A stretch of 64,000 bases of DNA from Bacillota bacterium (GTDB taxonomy: Bacteria > Bacillota_I > Bacilli_A > RF39 > UBA660), in contig SVAJ01000001.1 in NCBI GenBank assembly GCA_015059435.1, forward strand, positions 479,132-543,131, written 5' to 3'. Position numbers and translations under genes: made by a program. The notes below the pieces were generated by a model. It saw only the letters and a list, made by a program, of their open reading frames with translations. It was not told the DNA's origin and did not search any database. How positions within the stretch are numbered: position 1 is the first letter of the stretch; the number at the start of each line of letters is the position of its first letter. Positions 45,064 to 55,170 of the stretch are shown here, piece after piece.

Positions 45064-46045
45064 CTTCTTCTTTTAAAATTAAAGCTTTTAATTCCTTTTC
45101 TACCGCACTAATAGTGGTATTTTCGAACACTGCTGCTCCTTCGCATTCATCTCCTCCACCACCAAGTTTAGTTACTATCTTACCAATATCATAACTACCT
45201 AAACTTCTAGCACTTATTCCTATTTTATTTTTACCTATTTTTCCTATTACAAATGATGCTTCTATATTATTGAAGAAAAGTAATGTATCTGCAACTTTTG
45301 CTAAATCTTCTCTTCTATAAATGGTAGATGCACTTGCTTTTGTATAAGCTATCTTTCTATTAATTGTTTCAATTCCAGACATTAGTTTTTGTCTTTCAGT
45401 GTATTCTTCAATATCTTGTTTTAATAGATATTGAACTTTTTTAGCACTTGCTCCTATACTAGCTAAATAATAAGCTGCATAGTAAGTATCTTTACTTGTT
45501 TTTAAAGTAAAGTTGTTTGTATCTAGTACTATTCCTGATAAAAGAATAGTAGCATAATATGATTCAATATCATGATCATATAATTCTATTAGTCTAGTAA
45601 TCATTTCACAAGTACTTGATGCATTTGTATCATCAATAATAAAAGCGTCTTTTATAGTTGTTTTTCCTAATTCATGATGGTCTATTACCACTTTTTTATC
45701 TATTAATTTTAATACTTCTTTACTTTGTACTAAATCAGTTTTGTTAGTATCTAATACTATTAGTAAATTCTTTGAATCAGTAGGATTTAAATACTTTTCA
45801 ATATTTTCACTTTTTACTACATTAATGCAGCCTTCTAATTCTCTTAAAACTTTTTCTACTCCTAGTTCATGTATTTTATCATCTATTACTATATAGCAAT
45901 CTTTTCTTTTCTTTTTTAATATAAGACTTAGTCCTACGCAACTTCCTAGAGCATCTAAATCTAAATCTCTATGTGCCATCAAAAATACAGTTTTTGATTT
46001 TCTAATTATGCGCTCTAACTTTCTTCTTTCTTTTAAAATAGCCAT
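45056..46045 (-). CDS. stand-alone DHH/DHHA1 phosphoesterase (NrnA/DhhP-like)
   Basis: 329 aa. Motifs RDLDLDALGS, VIDHHE, GGGG. It occupies the gdpP position upstream of rplI but lacks the TM/PAS/GGDEF region. Confidence 0.7.
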   Translation of the reverse strand: MAILKERRKLERIIRKSKTVFLMAHRDLDLDALGSCVGLSLILKKKRKDCYIVIDDKIHELGVEKVLRELEGCINVVKSENIEKYLNPTDSKNLLIVLDTNKTDLVQSKEVLKLIDKKVVIDHHELGKTTIKDAFIIDDTNASSTCEMITRLIELYDHDIESYYATILLSGIVLDTNNFTLKTSKDTYYAAYYLASIGASAKKVQYLLKQDIEEYTERQKLMSGIETINRKIAYTKASASTIYRREDLAKVADTLLFFNNIEASFVIGKIGKNKIGISARSLGSYDIGKIVTKLGGGGDECEGAAVFENTTISAVEKELKALILKEEGE

Positions 46046-46128
46046 ATTTGCCTCCTAATATTCCTCTTCATTATTATATAATAATTATTGATTTTTGTAA
46101 AATAAAAAGACCTATCTAAGGTCTTATT

Positions 46129-46341
46129 TTATCTTGTATAAGGCATTAAAGCAATTGCTCTTGATCTTTTAACTGCTTTTGATACTTCTCTTTGATGATG
46201 AGCGCATGTACCAGTTGCTCTTCTTGACATTATTTTTCCTTTTTCATTAACAAACTTTCTTAAAGTTTCTGGATCTTTATAATCAAGTGTAACTTTACCT
46301 GCACACATTAAACATATTTTTCTTCTTCTTCCGAATGCCAT
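46129..46341 (-). CDS. rpsR: 30S ribosomal protein S18
   Basis: 70 aa. Part of the rpsF-ssb-rpsR operon. Confidence 0.9.
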   Translation of the reverse strand: MAFGRRRKICLMCAGKVTLDYKDPETLRKFVNEKGKIMSRRATGTCAHHQREVSKAVKRSRAIALMPYTR

Positions 46342-46356
46342 GTAAATTCCTCCTTT

Positions 46357-46842
46357 TTAGAATGGTAATTCATCATCGCTAATTTCAATGCTTGAACCGA
46401 AATCAGCAAATGGATTACTATCTACATCTGTACCCTTTGGTTCACTTGCTGGACCAAAATCGTAAGGTGTAGGTTCTGCTCCACTATTTGTTGAAGCATT
46501 GTTATTGTTAGAATTATTTGAAGAATTTTTAGATCCTAAGAATTCAACGTTATCAGCAACAACTTCTGTAACATATCTTTTTTGTCCATTTTGATCATCA
46601 TAACTTCTTGTTTGAAGACGTCCATCAATTGCCACTTGACTTCCTTGTTGTAGATAATTTTTAACATTTTCAGCTTGTTTTCTCCATACTACGATATTAA
46701 TAAAATCTGCTTCTCTTTCTCCAGATTGATTAGTAAAATTTCTATTTACAGCTAGTGAAAAAGTAGCTACTGCAGTATTACTTCCTGTATATCTTAATTC
46801 AGGATCTCTTGTTAATCTTCCAATTAAAAATACTTTATTCAT
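46357..46842 (-). CDS. ssb: single-stranded DNA-binding protein
   Basis: 161 aa. OB fold, Asn/Ser-rich linker and C-terminal DDELPF tip. Confidence 0.9.
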   Translation of the reverse strand: MNKVFLIGRLTRDPELRYTGSNTAVATFSLAVNRNFTNQSGEREADFINIVVWRKQAENVKNYLQQGSQVAIDGRLQTRSYDDQNGQKRYVTEVVADNVEFLGSKNSSNNSNNNNASTNSGAEPTPYDFGPASEPKGTDVDSNPFADFGSSIEISDDELPF

Positions 46843-46858
46843 ATTATACCTCTTTTAA

Positions 46859-47155
46859 TTAATCTTCTACTCTTACTACTAAGTGACGAAGTAAACTTTC
46901 ATTGATTCTAACAACACGGTCAAATTCTGAAATAGCATCAGCATTAGCTTCAACTACATATAAATAATAGTATCCAGTTTTGAACTTATTAATTTCATAT
47001 GCTAATTCTCTTTGTCCCATTGCTTTTTCTTCTACAATTTTTGCTTTCTTATCTGTTAATACCTTTTTCATATCTTCAGCTGTTTTTTTGATTTCAGCTT
47101 CTTCCATATCTGGTCTAACGATAAACATAACTTCATATTTGTTCATTCTTTGCAC
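46859..47155 (-). CDS. rpsF: 30S ribosomal protein S6
   Basis: 98 aa. MNKYEVMFIVRPD. Confidence 0.9.
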   Translation of the reverse strand: MQRMNKYEVMFIVRPDMEEAEIKKTAEDMKKVLTDKKAKIVEEKAMGQRELAYEINKFKTGYYYLYVVEANADAISEFDRVVRINESLLRHLVVRVED

Positions 47156-47310
47156 CTCCTCTTGGACTAATGACCCATAATTTAATTTATGAGTAAGGAG
47201 TATTTAAAATACTCGTATGTATTATAACAGATATTTTGTTATTTGTAAAATAATTTTAAAAATTTATTCAATTTATTTTTTTATATGATATAATCAAATC
47301 AGGTGAGTTT

Positions 47311-48096
47311 ATGAAATTAGTTGAAAAAAAGTGTCCTAATTGTGGGGCTGGTTTATCTTTTAATGATACTGATAAAAGTTGTAAATGTGATTATTGTAAG
47401 AGGGCTTTTGAAATAGAAAGAGATAATACTATTGATTCTTCAGCTTCTATAAATGATCAATATCAACTTAGTGAGTTGAAAGGTCCATTAAAAATAGTTG
47501 GATTGTATTTTGCCGGTACTTATATAGTAGGTGCTATTATTACTATTATTGTTTTTATACTTGTAGGTGTTATAGGATATAATATTTATAAACACGCTAG
47601 TAACCAACTATCTGATAGCAATAACAATTCAATAATTAATAAGAAAAGCAATGCTAAATATATTACATCTATTGATGATTTAGATAATGATGATTACGAA
47701 GATATTGATTCAGATTCTAATATTGAGATTAAACGTAGTGGTAATGGGGTTAATAATGCATATCATTCATATTCAAGAGATGGTGATCCAAAACGAGAAA
47801 AAGTATATGTCGCATATAAAAAAGATGATAATGTAATTATTGCTATATATAAAGCTATATACAAAGATTTCTTTCATCAAGAAAATAGTTATACTGTATA
47901 TGTTCCTATCGTATATGAAAATATAAAGAAAAATGAGTTTGGTATTTATGAATGGGATAATCCTCAAGTAAAAGCTCCTGAGTATTATTTTGATTCTGAA
48001 CACAAATCTTATACTTATGGATATAATAGTATAGCTGATGCTTATAATAGTGTTGTTAAGCCTTTAGAAAATGATTATAAAATAAGCCAAAAATAA
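47311..48096 (+). CDS. zinc-ribbon / single-TM / extracytoplasmic-domain hypothetical protein
   Basis: 261 aa. N-terminal CPNCGAGLSFNDTDKSCKCDYC ribbon, TM (LYFAGTYIVGAIITIIVFILVGVIGY) and a Tyr-rich C-terminal domain. Confidence 0.4.
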   Translation: MKLVEKKCPNCGAGLSFNDTDKSCKCDYCKRAFEIERDNTIDSSASINDQYQLSELKGPLKIVGLYFAGTYIVGAIITIIVFILVGVIGYNIYKHASNQLSDSNNNSIINKKSNAKYITSIDDLDNDDYEDIDSDSNIEIKRSGNGVNNAYHSYSRDGDPKREKVYVAYKKDDNVIIAIYKAIYKDFFHQENSYTVYVPIVYENIKKNEFGIYEWDNPQVKAPEYYFDSEHKSYTYGYNSIADAYNSVVKPLENDYKISQK

Positions 48097-48124
48097 AGAA
48101 CATTTAAATTTAAATGTTCTTTTA

Positions 48125-49225
48125 TTATACATTAAATCTAAAGTGACAGATATCTCCATCTTGCATTAAGTAATCTTTTCCTTCTAGTCTTGCTTTTCCT
48201 GCTTCTTTTACTTTTAATTCACTACCACATTCTATTAAATCATTATATGAAATAACTTCTGCACGTATAAATCCTTTTTCAAAGTCAGTATGAATTATTC
48301 CTGCACATTGTTTAGCGTTCATACCTTTTTTAAATGTCCAAGCTCTTACTTCGTCTTTTCCTACTGTGAAGTATGTTGCTAATCCTAGGATATCATATGT
48401 AGCAGTTATTAATTTATCTAGACCACTTCCATCTAATCCTAATCCTTCTAGCATCTCTTCTTTATCTTCTTTAGAAAGTTCGCTTAATTCTTCTTCTACT
48501 TTAGCACATAGGCTTACTACTCTAGCATTTTCTTTAGATGCATATTCCTTAACTTGTTTTACATATTCGTTATCTGGATTTCCAAGTTCACTTTCTTTTA
48601 TATTTGCTAAATAAATTATTGGTTTTAAAGTAAGAAAACTATATGATTTTAATATTTTCTTTTCTTCTTCATCTAAGTCTACTTGTCTTAGAGGTTTATT
48701 TTCTTCTAATGCTTTTTTACATTTTTCTAAGGCTTCAACTTCGATGATGTCATCTTTATTCTTAGTAGTTCTAGCTTTCTTAGCTACACGTTCTAATCTG
48801 TTATTTATTACATCTAAGTCTGCTATTGCTAGTTCTAGATTTATTGTTTCAATATCTCTAATTGGATCTATTCCACCTTCTACGTGAATAATTTTACCAT
48901 CATCAAAACATCTTACTACTTCTACTATTGCATCTGTTTCTCTAATATGTGATAAGAATTTATTACCTAGTCCTTCACCTTTTGATGCTCCTTTTACAAG
49001 ACCAGCAATATCAGTGAATTCATAGGCTGTTGGTATAAATCTATCTGGTTCATACATATCTTTTAATCTATCCATTCTTTCATCTGGAACTGTAACTACA
49101 CCTACATTTGGCTCGATTGTTGCAAATGGGTAATTTTCTGCTAATATTTTTTGATTTGTAATTGCATTAAATAATGTTGATTTTCCTACATTTGGTAAAC
49201 CTACTATTCCTGCTGTCAAACTCAT
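48125..49225 (-). CDS. ychF: ribosome-binding ATPase YchF
   Basis: GIVGLPNVGKSTLFNAIT P-loop and C-terminal TGS domain. Start placed at the MSLTAG methionine. Confidence 0.9.
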   Translation of the reverse strand: MSLTAGIVGLPNVGKSTLFNAITNQKILAENYPFATIEPNVGVVTVPDERMDRLKDMYEPDRFIPTAYEFTDIAGLVKGASKGEGLGNKFLSHIRETDAIVEVVRCFDDGKIIHVEGGIDPIRDIETINLELAIADLDVINNRLERVAKKARTTKNKDDIIEVEALEKCKKALEENKPLRQVDLDEEEKKILKSYSFLTLKPIIYLANIKESELGNPDNEYVKQVKEYASKENARVVSLCAKVEEELSELSKEDKEEMLEGLGLDGSGLDKLITATYDILGLATYFTVGKDEVRAWTFKKGMNAKQCAGIIHTDFEKGFIRAEVISYNDLIECGSELKVKEAGKARLEGKDYLMQDGDICHFRFNV

Positions 49226-49275
49226 ACTATCCCTCATTTCTGTCTTATATTATATCATACTTTTTTTAATTTTAT

Positions 49276-49304
49276 AAAAAAAATACCTATAAAGGTATTT
49301 TTAT
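49276..49304 (-). terminator. intrinsic terminator AAATACCT-ataa-AGGTATTT with flanking A/T runs
   Basis: Perfect 8-bp stem overlapping the stop codon of 49301..50896. Confidence 0.55.
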
Positions 49305-50896
49305 ATTGTTGGATTTACTCCTGGTCCAATAGGTAATCCTATTATATACCAACCAACTATTAATAAAATCCATGTTGCAGCTATTAATAAGAAATATGGT
49401 GTAATCATCTTAAGTGATTTTCTTATTGTAATTGGTTTATTTTTGTTTAGATTATATAGATTTAAATATCCTATGTATATAACGAATGAGGCCATTATTG
49501 GAGTATAACCATTCGTTATTGAATTACCTACTCTCATAACTATTTGTGCAAATTGTGGTGAAATATTTGATTGCATAAACATTGGAACAACTACTGGTGA
49601 AAAGATCATCCATTTTGTTGTTGGACTAGTTAAGAATAAATTTGCAATTCCTATTAATAGTAATGTTGTTATTATCAAAGGAATTCCACTGAATTGTAAA
49701 TGTGATAATAAATTTGCAATCCATGCAGATATTATTATTCCTATATTGGTATGTTTATATACTGCAATAAATTGTGATACTACAAATATTAAGATGAATA
49801 GGTAACTAACTTTATTAAAATATCTTCCTATTTTTTCTATTAAATCTTTATCACTTTTAATACTTTTTGAACTTATTCCATATGCTATACCAGTTATTAC
49901 TAATAAAATTGAAACAAGATATGTAAATCCATCTTGGAAATATGATTGTTCTCCAAATAACTGAGCTAAGTATGTTTTTCCTTTCATATCTAATAATAGA
50001 CCTGAATATGGAAGATTAGGTATCAACATGTATATAAATGCTATAACTATGATTATAGAAGCAATTAGTGCAGATCTTAATCCTTTTTTCTCATACTTTT
50101 CTTTCTCTATTTGTTTTTGTTCTTCCTCTGCTAAATTAATAATTCTATATTGTTCAGTTTGAGCAAATTCTTCTTCTTTTTTATATTTTCCTATTTTTGG
50201 AGCTATTACTTTTTCAATTATAATTGTTCCTACTACTGATGATATTATAGACGCTGCTATAATAAATATTAAATTTGATGTTAATGCTATGTGTATACCA
50301 TCATCTATTAGCATTGCTGCTGACTTTGTGTAATCCATTAAGGAAATTTCCATAGATCCTACAAAGATAGTTACTCCATATCCAAATGCTACTCCACAAA
50401 AAGCTGTTACTATTCCTAATATTGGATTTCTTCCATTAATGAAATAAATTAAAGCTATTAATGGAATTAGTATTGCATATCCTACTTCATTTATTAATGA
50501 TGAAATAGTTGCAATAAATAAAATTAAAAAAGTTAATGTAAACTTTGGTAATTTACTTAAATGTCTTTTTGTTAATGTTTCAATAAAACCACTTGCTTCT
50601 GCAATGGTTATACCTATCAATGATATTAATAGTGTTCCAAGAGGTGCAAAACTAATAAAGTTTCTAGTTGCATTAGCAATTAAGAATTTCATTCCATCGA
50701 AACTTAACATATTTTCTACAGCTACTAATGTTGGCTCTAACTCATTTGTATTGGGATTAATTGTGTTATATGTTGCTTGCATTTGTAATCCTGATAAGAT
50801 AGGACTTATAACTATTATTGCTAATGTGAATAGCAGAAACATAGTTATTGGATGAAAATAAAATTTTTTTAATTTTAGTTTTCTTTTTTCATACAT
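49301..50896 (-). CDS. AbgT-family transporter
   Basis: 531 aa, polytopic. The N-terminal region (NFISFAPLGTLLISLIGITIAEASG) resembles AbgT/MtrF. Confidence 0.5.
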   Translation of the reverse strand: MYEKRKLKLKKFYFHPITMFLLFTLAIIVISPILSGLQMQATYNTINPNTNELEPTLVAVENMLSFDGMKFLIANATRNFISFAPLGTLLISLIGITIAEASGFIETLTKRHLSKLPKFTLTFLILFIATISSLINEVGYAILIPLIALIYFINGRNPILGIVTAFCGVAFGYGVTIFVGSMEISLMDYTKSAAMLIDDGIHIALTSNLIFIIAASIISSVVGTIIIEKVIAPKIGKYKKEEEFAQTEQYRIINLAEEEQKQIEKEKYEKKGLRSALIASIIIVIAFIYMLIPNLPYSGLLLDMKGKTYLAQLFGEQSYFQDGFTYLVSILLVITGIAYGISSKSIKSDKDLIEKIGRYFNKVSYLFILIFVVSQFIAVYKHTNIGIIISAWIANLLSHLQFSGIPLIITTLLLIGIANLFLTSPTTKWMIFSPVVVPMFMQSNISPQFAQIVMRVGNSITNGYTPIMASFVIYIGYLNLYNLNKNKPITIRKSLKMITPYFLLIAATWILLIVGWYIIGLPIGPGVNPTI

Positions 50897-50899
50897 ATT

Positions 50900-51100
50900 T
50901 TATACCTCCTCTGATATTATTTTTTTGAGTTTTTTATTAAATTCAATTCTTGGTATTAATACAGTATGCTTACATTTTAAACATTTTATTTTTATATCTG
51001 CACCTACTCTAGTTATTTCCCATTCATTACTTCCACAGGGATGACTTTTCTTCATCATTACCTTTGTTCCTAATGTGTAATTTAATTCTTTATTTTCCAT
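50900..51100 (-). CDS. DUF951-family small protein
   Basis: 66 aa. GTKVMMKKSHPCGSNEWEITRVGADIKIKCLKCKH pattern. Confidence 0.5.
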   Translation of the reverse strand: MENKELNYTLGTKVMMKKSHPCGSNEWEITRVGADIKIKCLKCKHTVLIPRIEFNKKLKKIISEEV

Positions 51101-51905
51101 TATAAACCTCTATTTGTGTATATGGTATTTTGATATGTTCTTTATCAAATACTTTCTTTATTTCTTTTCTAAGTATTCTTTCTACTTCAAATTGTGCCAT
51201 AGGTAAAGTTTTTAGAGTAACTCTATATACTACACTTGAATCAGCTAAATCATTTATACCAAGAACTTCCATTTTTCCTTGAGCTTTTGGTATTTTTTCA
51301 TATAAGTCTTCTGCTAGTTTTTTTAATGTATTTTCTACTTTTTCTATGTTTGTTTCATAGCTTACATTTATATCAATTACTGCTAGTGACTCATGCAAGC
51401 TATAGTTTATTATGTCATCAAGCTTATGATTTGCTATTATTTTAGTAGCACCTTTATAGTTTCTAATTCTTGTTGTTTTTAATCCAAGTGATACTACTTC
51501 TCCTCTAAATCCTTCTACTTCTATTGTATCTCCAATTTCATATTGGTTTTCTGTTATAATTGATATTCCTGCAATAATATCTTTAGCTAAGTCTTGAAAA
51601 GCTAAACCTATTATAGCTGTTGTTAAACCTAAACCAGCTACAATTGATTTTACATTTACACCAAAGACACTTAATATAGCTAATACTACTAATACTACAA
51701 TTATATATTTAACTATACTAGTTAATATTGTTCTAATAGTACGAGCTTTTTGTTCATGTTGTTTACTTAATTTTGTTTTTGGAGTTGTTATGTTTTTTAT
51801 TATTTTTTTTAGTATATAGTAAGCTATCATTCCTATAATAATATATATAATAGGATATATTATCTGTACTATATCTATTTTAAATTTATCAAATAACTCT
51901 ATCAT
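51090..51905 (-). CDS. small-conductance mechanosensitive channel (MscS family)
   Basis: 271 aa. 3 TM plus a beta-domain (GDTIEVEGFRGEVVSLGLKTTRIRN). Confidence 0.75.
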   Translation of the reverse strand: MIELFDKFKIDIVQIIYPIIYIIIGMIAYYILKKIIKNITTPKTKLSKQHEQKARTIRTILTSIVKYIIVVLVVLAILSVFGVNVKSIVAGLGLTTAIIGLAFQDLAKDIIAGISIITENQYEIGDTIEVEGFRGEVVSLGLKTTRIRNYKGATKIIANHKLDDIINYSLHESLAVIDINVSYETNIEKVENTLKKLAEDLYEKIPKAQGKMEVLGINDLADSSVVYRVTLKTLPMAQFEVERILRKEIKKVFDKEHIKIPYTQIEVYNGK

Positions 51906-51906
51906 A

Positions 51907-52809
51907 TTAACCTCTTACATCTAAATTCATAATTTCTAAAAGACGATTTAAATCATTAACATTTACGAAATTAATTTCTATTTTATTAGATTTTAATTTT
52001 ACTTTTGTTCCTAATTTGTCACTTAATTCTTCTTCTAGATATTGATATTCAGATGGTTTTTTAGGAGCTCTTTTTATTGTATTTGTTCTAACAAACTTTT
52101 CTTTAGATTGTGTTAATTCTTCTAATTGTCTAACACTTAAATCTTCTCTAACAACTTTCTTTGCTAATTCTCTTTGTTGATTTTCATCATCTAACTTACT
52201 TAATACTCTGGCGTGTCCCATAGTTATTTTCTTTTTAGAAATATCATCTTGAATATCTTCTGGTAAAGTTAATAATCCTAACATATTAGTTATGTGACTT
52301 CTACTCTTACCAAGACGCTTTGCTAATTGTTCTTGTGTTAAACTTAATTGTTCTAATAGTTTTTTATAAGCAACTGATTCTTCTATAGCACTTAAATTTT
52401 CTCTTTGTAAGTTTTCTAGTAATGCTATTTCCATCATTTCTTCATCTGTAAAGTCTCTAATAATTGCTGGTATTTCTTCTAATCCTGCCATTTTTGATGC
52501 TTTAACACGACGTTCACCTGCTATTATTTCATAACCTTTAATACTCTTTTTAACTATAATTGGTTGGAAAACACCATGTTCTTTTATTGAATTTGATAGT
52601 TCTTCTAATGCTTCTTCATCAAAGATTTGTCTTGGCTGATATGGATTGCTTCTTAGCTCATTCAATTTTACTTTTGTAATTGATTCTTTTGGTGTTTCAG
52701 TAATTATTTTTTCTTCCATCTTATCATAAGCTATTGGCTCATTATAAAATAGTTCTTCTAAACCTCTACCTAGGGCTCTTCTTTTACTGTTTGCTTCCAT
52801 TTCTTTCAA
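51907..52809 (-). CDS. parB: chromosome partitioning protein ParB/Spo0J
   Basis: 300 aa. ParB box GERRVKA and an HTH. Confidence 0.85.
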   Translation of the reverse strand: MKEMEANSKRRALGRGLEELFYNEPIAYDKMEEKIITETPKESITKVKLNELRSNPYQPRQIFDEEALEELSNSIKEHGVFQPIIVKKSIKGYEIIAGERRVKASKMAGLEEIPAIIRDFTDEEMMEIALLENLQRENLSAIEESVAYKKLLEQLSLTQEQLAKRLGKSRSHITNMLGLLTLPEDIQDDISKKKITMGHARVLSKLDDENQQRELAKKVVREDLSVRQLEELTQSKEKFVRTNTIKRAPKKPSEYQYLEEELSDKLGTKVKLKSNKIEINFVNVNDLNRLLEIMNLDVRG

Positions 52810-53575
52810 TCACTTCCTTTGCTAAATTTATATATGCTTCTGATCCTCTACTTTTTGGATCATATGCAATTATTGGTTCACCATGTGATGGTGCCTCTGT
52901 TAATCTAATTAGTCTTGGAATTATTGTATTGTATACTTTTTCTTTAAAGAATTTTCTAATATCTTCTACTACTTCAAAACCTAAGTTAGTTCTAGAATCT
53001 AACATTGTAAGAAGAACTCCTTCTATATCCAATGTTGGATTTAAGCTTTTTTGAGCTAACATTATAGTTTTTAGTAATTGTGTAATTCCTTCTAATGCAA
53101 AAAATTCACATTGTACTGGAATTATTACTGAATTTGATGCTGTTAAAGCATTTGTTGTTATTAATCCTAATGATGGTGGACAATCAATTATGATAAAATC
53201 AAAACTATTTTTTAAATCTACTAAATGTTTCTTTAATTGTTCTCCTTTTAAAAATCCAGATTCTTGTTTACTTTTTTCAATTAATTCAACATCTAAACCA
53301 GCTAAATTTATTGTTGCTGGTAAAACATATAGATTTTTATATTTTGTTTTAATCATTGCTTCTTCTATTCTACATTCATCTATCAAAACATCATAGACAC
53401 TTTTTTCTATGTCTCCTTTATTTATTCCTACACCAGTAGTTGTATTTCCTTGTGGATCCAAATCTATTAATAAAACTTTTTTTCCTAATACTGCTAATGA
53501 TGCAGAAAGATTTATACTAGTTGTAGTTTTTCCTACTCCACCTTTTTGATTTACTAACGAAATAATCTTTCCCAT
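52784..53575 (-). CDS. parA: chromosome partitioning ATPase ParA/Soj
   Basis: 263 aa. Deviant Walker A NQKGGVGKTTT. Confidence 0.9.
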   Translation of the reverse strand: MGKIISLVNQKGGVGKTTTSINLSASLAVLGKKVLLIDLDPQGNTTTGVGINKGDIEKSVYDVLIDECRIEEAMIKTKYKNLYVLPATINLAGLDVELIEKSKQESGFLKGEQLKKHLVDLKNSFDFIIIDCPPSLGLITTNALTASNSVIIPVQCEFFALEGITQLLKTIMLAQKSLNPTLDIEGVLLTMLDSRTNLGFEVVEDIRKFFKEKVYNTIIPRLIRLTEAPSHGEPIIAYDPKSRGSEAYINLAKEVIERNGSKQ

Positions 53576-53645
53576 CTAATCACCCATTTTCCATTTTACT
53601 TAATATATTGTACCAAATTTTCTTTTATTTTTAAATGCTTTTTCC

Positions 53646-53674
53646 AAAAAAAAAGTAGAAATTTATCTACTTTT
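53646..53674 (-). terminator. intrinsic terminator AAAAGTAGA-aattta-TCTACTTTT with A/T runs after the noc-like gene
   Basis: Perfect 9-bp stem. Confidence 0.55.
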
Positions 53675-55064
53675 AGTCATCATTTTTTTCTAATTTAATA
53701 ATAATTTGATATGATTTAGAAAAATTCATTTCTTCCATATCTGCTTTTAAATCATTTTGGTTTAATTTTTTAACAAAATTTCTTAATTTTTCTACTGCAG
53801 CTTGGATTGTATATATATCTTCATCATCATTTTCAACAGTAATTGATGATGATTGTTCTCTTGTTTCTTCTAAGTCTCTTATTGATACACTTTCTGTATC
53901 TTTCGTTTGAATTTCTGAAGGTAGTTCTATTGATACAAGATCTGGAGTCTTGAAATAATCTTCATTTTTATCAGTATCTTCATTTTGATCATTCTTAACT
54001 ATTCCTTCCGCTGGTGTAATGAATCTATTGTTTTGTGTTGTTGATTTTGAAGATATATTTAATAAATTATCTAAATCAGCTGCATTTTTTTCTCTTTTAT
54101 TTAAATCTTCTGTATTTGATTTAATATCTTCAATACTTGGAGATGTATTACTACTGTTTAGTAAATCTTTATTATCATCTTTATTATCGTCTTCATCATC
54201 ATCTATCTCACCGTAATTTATAAATTTAGGCATGTTTTCTTCTTCTCCTTCCGGTGGGGCAATAACAACTTTTCCATAATTTGATTTTTCTTCTTCTAGA
54301 TTTGTTGTTGGAGCTAATGGTGTGTCATTTACAAAATCAGTTGATACAGCTACTACATCTGAATCTGGAAGTCCTATTGGATCATTTTTTATATTTACTA
54401 CTTCTTCTACTCTTTTTTCTGCTACTTCTTCATTATCATCTTTTGGATATAATTCTTTTATCTCATTCTCTAATTTTCGTACTGGCATTCTATCAGCTAC
54501 AATCTTTTTTAGAAATTCTTTTTGTTTTTTTGTATCTGGTACTTGTAGTAATGCTCTTGCATGACGTTCTGATATTTTTTCTTTTAATACTGCATCTTGT
54601 ACTTCATCAGGTAAAGATAAAAGTCTTATTTTATTAGCTACTGCTGATTGACTCTTTCCCATTGTTTTAGCAAGTTCATCTTGAGTCATTTCATCTAACT
54701 CTAATATTTTTTGATATGTTCTTGCTTCTTCAATTGCATTAAGATTCTTTCTTTGTAAGTTTTCTAATAATGCTACCTTTGATGATTCTTTATCATCCAT
54801 ATCTCTAATAATTGCTGGGATCTTTGTAAGACCTGCTAAAGCTGATGCTTTATATCTTCTTTCTCCAGCTATTATTTCATATTTTCCATTAACATTTCTA
54901 ACTATTATTGGTTGTATTACTCCATGTTCTTTTATTGATATTGCCAACTCTTTTAATGCGCGTTCATCAAATACTTCACGCGGTTGAAATCTATTTGGAA
55001 TAATATCATCTAAATTCAAATAAACAACTTCATCTTTTTTTTCGTTATTCATTTTATCACCCAC
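53673..55064 (-). CDS. noc: ParB/Noc-family protein with ~200-aa acidic low-complexity C-terminal extension
   Basis: 463 aa. The N-terminal 260 aa are ParB-like (GERRYKA, HTH). The C-terminal half is Asp/Glu/Asn/Ser-rich and unstructured-looking. Confidence 0.65.
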   Translation of the reverse strand: MGDKMNNEKKDEVVYLNLDDIIPNRFQPREVFDERALKELAISIKEHGVIQPIIVRNVNGKYEIIAGERRYKASALAGLTKIPAIIRDMDDKESSKVALLENLQRKNLNAIEEARTYQKILELDEMTQDELAKTMGKSQSAVANKIRLLSLPDEVQDAVLKEKISERHARALLQVPDTKKQKEFLKKIVADRMPVRKLENEIKELYPKDDNEEVAEKRVEEVVNIKNDPIGLPDSDVVAVSTDFVNDTPLAPTTNLEEEKSNYGKVVIAPPEGEEENMPKFINYGEIDDDEDDNKDDNKDLLNSSNTSPSIEDIKSNTEDLNKREKNAADLDNLLNISSKSTTQNNRFITPAEGIVKNDQNEDTDKNEDYFKTPDLVSIELPSEIQTKDTESVSIRDLEETREQSSSITVENDDEDIYTIQAAVEKLRNFVKKLNQNDLKADMEEMNFSKSYQIIIKLEKNDD

Positions 55065-55170
55065 TTTTATTCTTTTTATTCTTCTAGAATTTCCTATAGT
55101 ATCATTATAGCTTATTTTAGAATATCTTTCAATATAAATTTTACAACAAAAAAATAAGATTGCTCTTATT

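Noticed and set aside
45056-46045. Calling the DHH protein GdpP because of its position upstream of rplI.
   Set aside because: At 329 aa it lacks the two TM helices and the PAS and GGDEF domains of GdpP. It is reported as a stand-alone DHH/DHHA1 enzyme instead.
52874-52888. Perfect palindrome CACCAT-gtg-ATGGTG inside parA.
   Set aside because: It is a single occurrence in a conserved coding region (encodes APSHGEP) with no similar copies elsewhere. It is most likely chance.
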